A DNA stretch of 64,000 nt from Octopus vulgaris (lineage: Eukaryota), in the NCBI GenBank assembly GCA_951406725.2, contig OX597826.1:36456001-36520000 (forward strand), in the 5' to 3' direction. Below, piece after piece: positions 27,574 through 40,475 of this stretch. Numbering within the stretch: the stretch's first letter is position 1; every line of letters starts with the position of its first letter. Made by a program: the position numbers and the translations under genes. The notes beneath the pieces were generated by a model. The model did not search any database, was not told the DNA's origin, and saw only the letters and a program-made list of their open reading frames with translations.

Positions 27574-29439
27574 CTGTTAAAGACAAGTTAATGAAAAGAT
27601 TTATTTATTCATTTCACCTATGTGATTAGGGTTTGCAAGGTTTTTAGCGGTTTGTGAATAGGAAAGATGCAGATTGATAGAAATATGTTGTGATGATATC
27701 TTGGTGAACTGTCAAAGACATTAGAATGGTAAATAGAATCTCATGTGGTCTCTCATCTGGTTCTTGCTGTTCATATTCCTTGAGGTATGCGAATATGAAC
27801 CACATATATTGATGGACGCATGCCGTAATCTTACATCGAGGAAAAAAAAAAAGGAAATGTCAATTCGATCTTGGTGTTCTGGATTCAAATGCAACCCAGG
27901 TCTTCCCCTTCTTTGCTTTTAGGGTGGTAGTGATGGCAGTGATGGTGGTGGTGGGGTAGTTGTGGTGGAGTAGTGGTGGTGGTGGTGATGGTGGTAATTA
28001 TAGTAATGGTATACATATGTAGCATGAGCTATTGTCATTGATTGTATTCAATAAACAGCTGTAAGCAGGCTGAAGAGGATTCTTTTTGTAGTGCTAGCCT
28101 AGGGTCCTAAATATTCTGGCATTAACCTAGAGTTTCCATGTCACAAATTTCGCTTGAATGAGGTTTTGATAGAATCAAGTCTATTCTGGAGGACACATCC
28201 TCAAAGCCTTTATAGAATCAAGGCTTTTTCAGAAGATGCTGTACTGAATATGGAAAAAAAAACACAGCTCATATTAACATTGGGTTCAAATTTTAACACA
28301 AAGCCAGCCGCTTTGAGGAGAAGGGGAAACTAATTACATCGACCGCAGTACTCAACTGGTACTTATTTCATTGACCCCCAAAAGGATGAAAGGCAAAGTT
28401 GACAGTAGAATAATTTGAACTCAGAGCGTAATGAAGTGGATGAAATGCTGCTAAGCAATTTACCTGGTGAGCTGATGATTCTACCAGCTTCTTGCTTTCA
28501 CAGTTGATATTAATATTGACGTTTAGCTGTAGAATTCTTACAGATAGCGTTTTAACCAATGCCACCAAAGAAACCTACTTTGACACATTTCTTGTCAGGT
28601 ACTGGACAAAATTCTTTGGAGATAATTCTGTTTAATTTCACCTATCCATTTTCTGGAATGGATGATGTCTCGAGTTCTAAATCGAATTTTTCATTACAAC
28701 TCATTTAACATAGAATTCAATTAACCAAAAAGCAATTAATCAGCTAATTAATTTACAAATTAGTCAATTTATCTGTGTTACAGTAACAAACTCTAACTAA
28801 ATTTACAGTAAAACACAATTGACAATGTTAACAGATGTGAATCTGTTTCAGAAAGAAAGCATAAACTTATATCTCAATAAACACGAGGTAAATTCCTTGC
28901 TGGTTAAGTATGAAATGTGAGTTCAATTCCAAGTTGCAGATATTTCAAATTACATATTTGAAGTCTGTTTATCCCATAACAACACATATCTCCACTTGGG
29001 AATTTCCTAAGGTGTAGCTTCGGGTAAGGATTTCTAAAGTAGACTAGTCCCCCACCTTTCTAAGCCACTGATGTGCAGGAGCCAGAACACCTCAGCCCCA
29101 GTTTTACCACAGGATCCACTACAGTTTGTCATCATTGTTATTGCAGGGACCAGAACAGGGGGTTAACATCTCATCCATCAAGCTAACAGTTCTGCCAATC
29201 CACCTAAAAAAAAGTCAAAAAGAACACTTGACCTCAGCAGGATTCGAACTCAGATTGCAGAGAGGCAAAAGGAAACACGATGTATTCAAGGCAACTCTCT
29301 AACAACTCTGCCAGCACACCATTTATTTCTTCTTCTTCTTCTTCTTCTTCACTTAAATTCAAAAATATTTTCCTTCGTTTGTAGCTGGCTCTACCTTTAG
29401 AACGTCAATCATTCAACTGTTTCTTTATTTGTTTTGTCA

Positions 29440-29484
<45 letters not shown>

Positions 29485-29790
29485 ACAAATAAATATTTAT
29501 TCATAGATTTATTTAATTCTGACATTACTTTTGTTTAAAGAACTAAGAACACAGACATTTGTTGCTGACAAAAGAAAAAACCAGAAACATTTTCCAAGTT
29601 AGAAACAATATTGTTCAATTTTAATTGATGCAAAACGCTTCATTTCAGTTGGAGAAGAAAAATGAAATTATGTGATATACTCGAGTGTTACCTGTCAAAT
29701 GTACATTCTGGTACATTCCAACATATACATTCTGGCACACATACACACACACACATAATATATATACATACTAGAGTGTGTGTGTGTATA

Positions 29791-29867
<77 letters not shown>

Positions 29868-30409
29868 ATATATATATATATGGCATCTACTTAACTGCCC
29901 ATACAAGTGAGTGTGTGTGTGTGTGTGTGTGTGTACAAAAGACCAAGCATGTGTGTGTGTACAAAGGACCAAGCAAGCGTTTGTGTACAAAGGGGCAAAA
30001 GTGTTCATATGGAACTAACTATACCTGGGAAGTGATGTAACTAATGTTTTACTTTATTCTCCTTATTCTTATTTTTCTTAATTACTCCCTGTCTATATCT
30101 ATAACTTTGCATCAGAATCTGTCTCTCACTATTCTTCCTTTCCAAGAGCCTTGACCTATGGATACTAACAACCTGCTGTGTAAAAATTCGAGTGAAACAG
30201 AATTCATTTAACAAGACACCTCTTATAATATCACTTGACAAAAAGGTATGGAACCAACAGATGCACCACAATAATTTGTTTACTTTCCCACACACAAGGG
30301 ATCGATGCTGAATGTGTTGAAAATATCATTGTGGGCAATAAAGTTTCCTGCGTACTCCATTTTCCATCTCTACCATTTATCTTATATTTATATATATATA
30401 TTTACATAT

Positions 30410-30892
30410 AATGAAAATAGTAATGCAATACGAGAGTATTGCTTTCCAGTAAAGGATAGCCCGTGAGGGTAAAATTATACATAAAAGTAAATAAACGGTA
30501 CAACGAAGCACCGATATCTACTGGAAAATAGCGAACGTAATAAATACGACGCTAATGTATAGCTTCACTGCGTATGTACTAGTAAAGATGCGTGTGTGCA
30601 ACAAACATGAACAAAATTGTCTTACCTCTAGGAAAAACATCTGAAAAATGAAAAACCTACATAATGGATAATGCAGTACCGGTTTCGGATTTTTCAAAAT
30701 TTGCTTGCCAAACGTATACTTGATTTATCCTCATCAGCTGCATAAACCTTGACAATATTTCAAAAGTTGCCACATCTATACCAGTACACTCGTCTGAACA
30801 CCACAACGTTAACAGAACGAGAACAGTGAAGAAGTTTCAATGAAAATAGTAATGCAATACGAGAGTATTGCTTTCCAGTAAAGGATAGCCCG
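30410..30892 (-). mobile_element. Retrozyme-like element: 429-bp monomer with 54-bp perfect terminal direct repeat and an internal HHR
   Basis: 30410-30463 is identical to 30839-30892. No ORF, HHR at 30671-30743, flanked by (TA)n. Confidence 0.85.
30671..30743 (-). ncRNA. Intact minimal type I hammerhead ribozyme
   Basis: ATGCAG CTGATGA GGAT (loop) ATCC GAAA CCGG TA^CTGCAT. 6-bp stem I, perfect core, 4-bp stem II, palindromic ACCGGT stem III, GUA site cutting between 30677 and 30676. Confidence 0.9.
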
Positions 30893-30906
30893 GGGGTCAC
30901 AACTAC

Positions 30907-30941
<35 letters not shown>

Positions 30942-31030
30942 TATTTTCGTAGAGCCATAACCAGGTTTGGTTGAATTGTCTTACCTTATGTTCTGCTTTT
31001 GTTAAATTGTTAAATTTACTCTTTATTCAC

Positions 31031-31108
31031 CTGAAGAAAAAAGTTTTTTTGCATGATGTAACACTTTTGTTCATCAATTAAGAACATGTCTGTAACAGCT
31101 GTTGTAAA
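31031..31108 (-). CDS. Candidate 78-nt exon resembling channel S2 and the S2-S3 link
   Basis: ttgcAG acceptor, CAG|GTGAAT donor, phase 0-0. FTTAVTDMFLIDEQKCYIMQKNFFLQ; compare FTxIYTxE..KI.ARGF....F.FLRD. Confidence 0.3.
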
Positions 31109-31290
31109 CTGCAACCCGTCTGTGTTATTGTTTACATATATAAATATATATATCAAGGGTTGAACAGAAAGAACACCACAAGCAGAAAAAGTTAGATGAA
31201 AGCAGAGCAAATGGGAATCTAGATGAAAATTTAATGGATGGGAAATTTAGACAAAGACACAATACTCAGAATATTCACAAATGAGTTTTC

Positions 31291-31350
31291 CTCATCAGTC
31301 AATGCTCCAAAATATCATAGTGGTTTCGTGCCATTGCCATTGAGACCACT
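31291..31350 (-). ncRNA. Hammerhead-like motif with non-canonical strand order
   Basis: AGTGG TC^TCAATG GCAATGGCAC GAAA CCACT (14 nt) CATTGA CTGATGA G. Stem III AGTGGT/ACCACT 6 bp, stem I TCAATG/CATTGA 6 bp, all core nucleotides present, stem II ambiguous. Confidence 0.65.
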
Positions 31351-32826
31351 CAATTTGGGAGGTGTGAATGCTGTTATTAAGCTACTGGGGAAAAACTAGT
31401 GAATGTATACTAAGACAGAAACAAACAAGACATTGTATAAATACAACAGACGAAGATTTATTCATATATAACAGCATGGAGCCTAATGGCTGTATACAAC
31501 AGAAGAAAAACCATAATAATTATATATATACCACACATACTACAAGAATAGCTTTTTAGCTATTGAATGAACTTAGTGGGGTTGCACAGGGTGAAATGGA
31601 GTAAGTCCTAATGGACGTAGTAGGAGCCCAGCCCAGCATGATCAGTCTGGTCAAAGGCAGGGTGAAAAAGAACAACACCGTCTTCACCGGACACTGGTCA
31701 TGTGGTAGGGAAGAAGTATTAAGAGAGGGAAAGGATGGGAGAGAGAGAAAGAGAGAGAGAGAGAGAGAACGAAAGAGCAGAGAGTTTGAAGAAACAGAGT
31801 GAGAGAGGGGAGAAAAATAGAGAGAGAGAGAACAGAAAGAAATGGCAACAGAGAGAAAGGAGAAATGTACAAGGGAGGCAAGCAAGGGCAGAAAGAGAGA
31901 GAGAGAGAGTAAAAGTGGAGAAGGAGATAGAGTAAAAGTAGAGAGAGTTGTGTGTGTGTGTGTAATTAATAATTTCTTACCTCATGGTATTTTTTACGCA
32001 AGCTATGCCACTTGATATTATTGTTTACAATATTGTAAACAATAATATCCTTATATGTATATACATACATGCATACCTACCTACCTACTTACATACACAA
32101 CTTTTTATCAAATTTCTTGGTACTTATATAAAATAATGAAAAGAATACTAATTTTTAAAAGAATAATTTTATTAGCTTAACATAAAATTGGATTAAAGAT
32201 ATTTCTCATTTATATATCTGCAGAAATATATTCTAGGAATAATATATTTCTAAAGCTCTCAGAGAGATTTATGCAGTAGCAGCACAATAAAGTGATGGTA
32301 TGTTGTCAACTTAATGTGACATAACCATTAGCAGGGTGGACAAAATACTTAGTGGTGTTTTTTCTGAGTTGTTACATCCTAAATTCAAATTCTGCTGGGG
32401 TCATCTTTGCCTTTCATTCCTACAAGCCATGTACAGGGGTCAATGTGATCGACTAACTCTCTGCTCCAAATTTCAGGCCTTGTACTTTTATGAGAAACAA
32501 ACAAAATAAAAATGTTTCTAAATTCTATCAGTAGAATCACAATTTACTCCATCAAAAGCCTATCATCATCAAAATTACATTGAAAAATATGCATTTTCAG
32601 AAAGTTATCATTGCCAGCCACCAAACCTTGTATGTGCACACATTCTGCTTTCCTTATGTTCATTTTCTCTGTATGTCTCCAGAAGGGATATAAAGCATGA
32701 TTGGAGAATTCATGAAGCCAACCAACCAACCAACCAACCAACCAACCAACCAACCAACTAACCAACCGACCGACTGACCAGCCAACATTTATATCAGCTA
32801 CTATTGTTTACAGGTGTGTGCATGTA

Positions 32827-32859
<33 letters not shown>

Positions 32860-33020
32860 ACAGATGTGTGCACAGGTGTATATGCATGTGTGAGAGCGTG
32901 TGAACATGTTTGTACATGCATATGTGTGAATATGGGCTTATATGTGTATGCATGAGTGCACACATGTGTACGTGTATGTCTATATGCCAGCATGTGCTAG
33001 TATATGCATATCTGTGCATA

Positions 33021-33090
<70 letters not shown>

Positions 33091-33327
33091 CATGTATTTC
33101 TAAAAGAAAGTAGCATGATAAATCATGAGAACTGATTTGATGAAGCATTCAAAACCAGGTCAGGGATTCAGATTGCCAAAAGCTTGATGAAATTCTGAGA
33201 GTCTCAAAATTCTGTCAGCCATAATATTACCATTCCTTTAAATTTCCTTCATCTTCAGGCAAACTAGAAATGACTGAGAACACACTGAGTAGAAGAAACC
33301 TTTATATTTTGCAAGAGAGAACTTGGT

Positions 33328-33410
33328 AACTGAGGAAACAGCAGGAAGTTCATAGAATATTGGTAAATATGAACAGGCTGAAAGAGGAGTGAAAGAAGGA
33401 GAATTTTTAC
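33328..33410 (-). pseudogene. Candidate degenerate exon, Nav-like domain I S1
   Basis: Acceptor tatttatttcAG. VKILL / FHSSFSLFIFTNIL*TSCCFLS resembles Nav KILVHxLFSLFIxxTILxNC. One frameshift and one stop. Confidence 0.4.
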
Positions 33411-33620
33411 CTGAAATAAATATTTTACTTCTATTTTCAGACTCTACCAAACAGCAGCATTGATGCTGTTGTTGTTGTTGCTGCTGCTGTTCTTGTTGTC
33501 ATTGCTGTTGTTGTTGTTGTTGTTGTTACATATTTTAATATTGCATTTTATCATCTCCAGTAAATTATTTTCAATCATTTGATTAATACCAATTCTCATC
33601 CAAAATATAGAATATATACA

Positions 33621-33661
<41 letters not shown>

Positions 33662-33929
33662 TGATGATGATGATGATGATGATAATGATGATGACGATGA
33701 TGATAATGATGATGATGATGATGATGATTATGAGAGTAATAATAATAACAATAACAATAATAATAATGATGATGATGATGATATTAATAATAATAATGAT
33801 AATAATAATAATAATAATAATATTATTAATAATAATAATAATAATAATGACAACAACAGCAATAACAATTAATAAATAAAGTAATAATGAATAATTGAAT
33901 AACAAAATAAAGCAATAACTCATTTAACG

Positions 33930-33973
33930 GCAAATTCTTCGAAGAAAGACAAGGAAAGGGAATGCTCTTTTAG

Positions 33974-34004
<31 letters not shown>

Positions 34005-34055
34005 AGAGCAACTACCAAAGTCTCTGCAAATCAATATTCTTAGTCTTCGTGAATG
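33930..34055 (-). pseudogene. Candidate degenerate segment, Nav-like pre-S1 N-terminus
   Basis: SRRLRILICRDF..(TGC)n..SKRAFPFLVFLRRIC resembles IFRFSA..AL..L.PFNP(L/I)RRxA, and lies just upstream of the S1-like segment. Confidence 0.3.
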
Positions 34056-34727
34056 GTTTTTTAGAGTTGGAAATAATTTAGAATTCCAAACGTCACTATA
34101 TTCTTTCAAGTTAAACTCAATTCACTTTATTTTATTGTTATTTTTTTTTATTTATTATTATTAATTGAAAAATAAATGAGATAATCTTATTAGTTAAACT
34201 TGGGTTAATTATTCAAACTACGATATTCAGTAGGGGTGGGCAGTTCTTCCATTTGAATGCAATATGTTTTTAATTCAGAATGTATTATAAGACTGAGAAA
34301 GATTCTATGTGGTTCTTGCTTGTGTTATTGGCATTGTTCTTTAGTTCCAGGTCAGCTCTGACTGAACAACACAGGATTCGAGAAGTTTCCTGCATTACCA
34401 TATCTTACCAAAATAGCTCTTGGTTATAGTAGAAGACTTGTGAGTGGATGTGGTCAACCAAATTGCAAGAAATCAATGTGTGTGTGTGTGTATACACATA
34501 CATACATATATATTCGTTTACTTGTTTCAGCCATTTGACTGTAGCCATGCTGGAGCACCACCTTTAATCAAAGAAGTCGACCCCAGGGCTTATTCTTTGT
34601 ATGCCTATTACTTATTCTATCGGTCTCTTTTGCCAAACTGCTAGGTTATGGGTATGTAAACATACTGATATCGGTTGTCAAGCGATGGTGCAAGGACAAA
34701 CACAGACACACAAATAAATACATACAT

Positions 34728-34766
<39 letters not shown>

Positions 34767-35057
34767 GTCATCGTCATCATTTAATGTCTGGTGTCCATGC
34801 TGACATGGGTTGAATGGTTTGACCAGGGCAGGTAAGCTGGAAGGTTGCACTAGACTCCAGTATGATTTGGCATGGTTTTCTATGGCTTGATGCTCTTCCT
34901 AATACCAACCACTCTGAGAGTGTGATGGGTGTTTTTACATGCCACCAGCATGGGTGCCATTTGTGTGACTCCAATATCTGTCACGACTGCAATTTTGTTC
35001 AGCTTGATGGGTCTTCTTCTCAAGTACAACAAATATATATGTGTGTGTGTGTGTGTG

Positions 35058-35200
35058 TACCTCTGTTTATTTTCTCGTGTTCTTTTTTGTTGAAGAGTGT
35101 AGGCTCTAAATGTAAAAGACTTTCTCACCTTCCTGTGCATTAAACTAATACACCTATTTGTTTTTTACACACCTGTCTGGTTTTCATGACTTTTTATATA
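35058..35200 (+). mobile_element. Short repeat family E, degenerate CUGUNGAA-core HHR-like motif at 35083-35119
   Basis: TTT TTGTTGAA GAGT GTAG GCTC TAAA TG TA AAAGA. Homologous to the copies at 35520, 52292(-) and 63136(-). Confidence 0.6.
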
Positions 35201-35235
35201 AGTATTTTAACAAAATTAGCACTTTCAACCACTAT

Positions 35236-35338
35236 GTACTGATCAGATTTTGAATGTGTTTAACTGACAGTTAAAAGAGGTAATAAAATTGTCAAGAACT
35301 CGACAATCAGTTAAACACATTTGAAATGTGATCAGTAC
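35236..35338. repeat. Inverted repeat (foldback), about 35-bp arms
   Basis: GTACTGATCAGATTTTGAATGTGTTTAACTGA ... TCAGTTAAACACATTTGAAATGTGATCAGTAC. Confidence 0.8.
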
Positions 35339-35449
35339 ACTGTGATGTTACAATACCATAATAAAAAAACGTGAAAACCAGACTATGTTTTAACTTTATT
35401 CAACAAAATATTATTCTATACACATTCACACAAATTCAAAACAATATAC

Positions 35450-35505
<56 letters not shown>

Positions 35506-35517
35506 GTATATATATAT

Positions 35518-35667
35518 TCTCTCCTTGTCTTTTCTGTGTCCCTTTCTGTAGAAGAGCATAGGCTCGAAATATAAAAGACTTTTTCTATTCCTGAGCATTA
35601 TACTAATACATCTGTTTGTTTTGTACACAACCTGTCTTCATCTTTTGTTTTTTTTCGTAAACTCTCC

Positions 35668-35672
<5 letters not shown>
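35518..35672 (+). mobile_element. Short repeat family E with HHR-like motif at 35542-35578
   Basis: CTTT CTGTAGAA GAGC ATAG GCTC GAAA TA TA^AAAG. Inserted between (TA)n tracts. Confidence 0.7.
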
Positions 35673-35713
<41 letters not shown>

Positions 35714-37032
35714 ATACACACACACACACACATATATGTGTGTATGTATATATATACATATGCATGTATTACAGAGGCTCCCTAAGAAGTGCATTTCATC
35801 TACTACAAGGTCTCACAAGCTATGTAACAGCTTAAGAGTGTTAAATTAGATACTTTGTTGCCAAGTTACCAAGTAGCAGGATGGAACCGGAGACCAAATG
35901 ATTGTGAGCAAACCTCTTAACCACACGGCTATGTCTACTCATATACCATGCTGGCACCTGTATTAATGGCAATATGGTATTTATATGTGCAGGTCTACAC
36001 CACCCACACACACATATAGAGAGAAATATGCATGTTTGTGTGTGTGTGTGTGTATGTATGCATATAAATATATGTATAAAGATAAACATATATACATATG
36101 CATATGATATACACGCAAATATTTACATACACTCACACGAATATATGTACATGCATGATTGTGTGTATACATGCACAGAGATATATTTATGTATATATAT
36201 ATAAATATGTATATATATATACACATATGTGTGTATGTATATATGAATAGATATATATTTATATATATATGCCTACATACACACGTGTGTATATATATAT
36301 ATATATACACGTACACACTAACAGACATATGTATATGCATGTGTATGAGTATATATGTGTATAAAACAATGAGCATCAAATCTATTTAAAGTCTTTTCTC
36401 CAAATGATTAAAGAAACGACAACTTCATTAACCTGACATATATCTATATTTAATTATATGCTCAAATGAAGCTAATTACATTGAAATATCCCATTCATGA
36501 AGCGTACTGCCTTATGCTTAGTATCTAGCAATTAAACCTGTAGCCAATATTATATAATTGCTTTGAAATTAATTTTCACACTTTGCCTTGTTAAATAAAA
36601 TTTGAGATTATAAATTGATAGATTCATTGATGTATTATATTGAATATGTACATAATCACATTGAGAAACTTTCATTTATGATTAAGAACAGATCTCAATG
36701 TCTTTCATACCATATTGTAATCGGAAGATGGAAGAATATCAATGACAATACCTTAATATTTATTAAAGCAAATATACAGGATTCTGTTTTTATATGTAAG
36801 GTCTCTTAGCTTGATTAATGACTCATTCCATGAGTCAGGAATGCCTTTAGTTAAGTGCAATACACTACTGCTATCATATTAGCAGCTGTCAACTCACTTT
36901 GGGATTTCTTTTAGTATCAAGCTGTGCCAGATTGCTCACAAAAACTCTTTCTCTAAACAATTTTCTGTGGACCCTTTCATAATAGAAACATTATTATTTC
37001 AAATCTCTCAAAGAGAGACATTCAGTGACAGT

Positions 37033-37540
37033 TCTTTAAAGTAAAAGCTATTTGCCAACATAATGTGGCTGTCACAAAAAGGATGATGTTATTGTTGTAT
37101 AAGGGCACAGATGGTGTGTCGTATAGCAAGCTAGAAACGATGTTTCTTGGGGCTAAAACAACAGTAATATCGTCCCTTTTGGGACAGCAACATTATGTTG
37201 GCAAATAGTCTTTACTTTAAAAAAAACCCTTACTGAATATCTCTCTTTAAGAGATATAGAAATAATAATATTTCTGTTTTTTGATCAGTGGCTGTGTGTC
37301 TCTTTGAAAACTTATATGTTTGAACGGTGAGTTCAGCAATGCCATCTGGACAAAGCAGCCATTCTGTGTTGATAAAGAGCAATAACTCAGAAACTAGTCC
37401 ACAGATGTTCAAAAATATAAGGACACAGATAGTGTGCTGCATAGCCAGCTAGAAAGGATGTTTCTTGGGGACAAAAACAACAGCAACATCATGCCTTTCG
37501 GAACAGATACATTATGTTGACAAATAGCCTTTACTTCTTT
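37033..37540 (+). mobile_element. Retrozyme/Penelope-like element: inverted 5' arm plus about 1.4 monomers (318-bp period) with degenerate HHR
   Basis: 37098-37217 is repeated at 37416-37537, and 37033-37097 is an inverted copy of about 37156-37221. HHR 37363-37405: TCTGTG TTGATAA AGAG CAATAA CTC A GAAA CTAG TC^CACAGA. Confidence 0.75.
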
Positions 37541-38197
37541 GATAATTTTCTTTCTTATACTTGATAAGGGGCATTTTTCCCGAAATATTATAAAATCATT
37601 AAACAATAAATATAAAGTAATACAATGTCTTTCCTTTTTGCTTTTATTTATGTACATCACTTTACATATTTCTCAACTGCATGGTTCAAATGTTTCTTTT
37701 TTAAACATTTATATATCATTTAAATACTCTATTCGTGGCACTCCAGCATGACAACAGCTGCATGGCTGGAGTGAGTAAAAGAGTTATTTACACATTCAGG
37801 CTTTAATATTAAAAACAGTAATTCCACCAAAGTTGAAATCATTTTTTTTTTTACTATTGAAACATCAGAAACAAGTGAGAATGGTTGAATATCTCATCAT
37901 AAAGAATTCTTTATGCTACCATTCTGCTAGAAATGGAAGACAAACTGCTTTCCAATCACACCTCAATATCTTAAGGATGTATTATTATTATTACCATGTG
38001 TAACTCAGATTTAAAATAGGAAAACAAATATCCCTACATGTTCTACAACGTAACTATAAGGGTTTGTGTCATGAAGAGCATCTGACTGTGAAATACTGCC
38101 CCAACAAACACCATCCAACTCTGACTACAATGGAAAATCAGATGCAAAACAATGACGATTTAGAACATTGCAGACCAGAAGACAATTTGTTGGTAAA

Positions 38198-38390
38198 TAT
38201 CAGGTCATCCCATAAGATCTGTCCGAATTTTGAATAAAGAAAACAAGTGATCAAATGTTATATTTAATTGAAATTTAAACATCAGTGTACTTTCCCTGAT
38301 TATCTATGACTTCCTTCCATCTATTTACAAGCTTTTTAATACCATCAATGTAAAACTCATTTGGTTTCAAAACGAAGAACTCTGACATGT
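38198..38390 (-). mobile_element. Mariner transposon right end
   Basis: Minus frame SEFFVLKPNEFYIDGIKKLVNRWKEVIDNQGKYTDV* is a typical mariner C-terminus. TIR-like TA-TCAGGTCATCCCATAAG. Confidence 0.85.
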
Positions 38391-38394
38391 GATT

Positions 38395-38640
38395 GAAATG
38401 TTACAGGAGAGAATCACAAGATAAATTCTTCAAGCCAAGCCAACTGGCAGGAGACCTATGGGTAGTCCAAGGGAAAGATGGCTTGTTAATCCCCAGAGTC
38501 ACATTTTGTTAGACTTGGGAATGCAGTCAGAAAGTCTAATGACCATTTCTTCTGAAAGGTTCCTATAGAGGAGGTGCCTGAGGCCTCTACCCCCATGACA
38601 ATCCCAGGAATAATGAGCAAAGAAGATGGATGGATAGCTA
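38395..38640 (+). mobile_element. RTE-like LINE 3' fragment
   Basis: ERITR*ILQAKPTGRRPMGSPRERWL fits the GxRPRGRPxxRW motif at the RTE ORF C-terminus. Confidence 0.65.
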
Positions 38641-40475
38641 GACCTAGTACCTTGAGTTCTTTCAGTGCATTCCTTGCTATTACAAGCATTTAAGCCAAAC
38701 ATCTGCTTAGAGGACATCTTCCTCCTTCATCCTTACTAGTATTGAAGACACTTTAAAACATTATGGCTGCTAACTTACATTCTGAATATTTTTTACAGAA
38801 AATGGAAAATTTTAATTTAAATATGAACCCTATAAAATATGAAATTTTATACCCCAGGACAAAAGGAAGACCCACTTAGGGTTGGAATCAAATGAAATTA
38901 ATATTGTAAACCACTAAATTATCAATCCTGTCTCTCAAACAAATACAATAATGAAAATACATCACAAGAGAACTAAATGAAGTCAATTTGGCATCAGTAG
39001 AACTGAATTGCAACAACGTTTTTTTGATTTTTATTTTCATAACAAATTGAAATGAATTACAAGATGTTTATACTCCAAAGACAAGTAGGTACTTAAAAAG
39101 GAATAAAATAAAAACTTGATTTTTTTTTTTTGTGTCGATGAGAGATGTATTTCTATTCTATTTCATCTCACACTTAACTCTTCTGCAAATTCTCTCACTC
39201 ACCGTATTCACCAGTCTGTACTAAAGCCATAACAGCCATAGTTCACCTACAAAATGTTTTTTTTTCTTCCTTTATAGTGGATATTATTGAATTTTATTTC
39301 TATTTTTATTATTTAAATATTGGTAAAAATTTTTTGAAAAATATTATTTTCAGGACAAGTTTTTGTGTATTTGAGTGGAAAAATGTATTCAGTGTATCTC
39401 TATGAATGGTCTCAGATTGTACAAGTGATAGGAGTCTGATGGCATTGAACTGCTAAAGTGTATATGTGTCTATATGTATATGTGAGTGCGTGTGTGTGTG
39501 TGTGTGTAAACATAATATATATTTGTGACTGTGTTTCTGTGTGTAAGGACATACGTGGAAGTGTATATGTGTTGTAAATATATGTTAATATGTTGTATAT
39601 GGTTTTGTGAAGTGATATCTTTTCGATAGTGTGTGTGTGTGTGTGTGAAAAACATTTAATGTGATGGAAGCGTGAAATAGAGTTGTTGATTGTTGATAAC
39701 AAAGTAAACGTGTATGTATGCATGTGTACATATGACTCTTGGTGTGTGTGTGTATGCATATTTGTGTTTCAGTGTGTGTATTTGTGTGTGTGTGTGTGTA
39801 TTTGTGTGCTTGCATGTGTGTAGTAATAAACTGACAATATCTCTCCTGAGTGAGTGGATGAATGATTTGTATGGACAACTTGTTCTTTTCACATGTATGT
39901 GTGTATATACACACTCATGTGTGTGTGTTTGTGTGTGTGCTTGTGTGTGTGTGTGTGTGAGTATGTTCCTTTCTGTGTAGAACAATGAAAAGTGTAGGGA
40001 GAGGAATAAGTGGTTGATGCTTGTAAATATTTGGCTGTGCGTTGAGTGTCTCAGTTTAAAATAAGAGTGTGAACATCAGGAAAACTGTATTCTTTGATTT
40101 GTGAAGAAATCAAAGTTAAAAACTCAATGATGTATAAAATAAAACGGAGATAAAGGAATAAGACATCAAAAAGGAAATAGAATACTGTCATGCCAGGGGA
40201 AAATTAATTTTATTGATTAAAAACATATTTCGCTCTAATTAGACCAATTATTGACTTCAAAGAGGAAAAATAAAATTTGATTTTGTCTTTAGAGTTTCTG
40301 TTTATTTTCTTTTATTTTTAAATCCCTGATTCTGTAATCTAGGTTTCATCAGATGTATTATAATATTCTCTGGTAAAAGTGCTGGTATCATCCACTTATG
40401 TACTGTCGGTGCCAGCATGAAATTTGGTTAAGACTATAAAATTGCAATGCTTGAAAATAGTTCTATAAATAGTTA

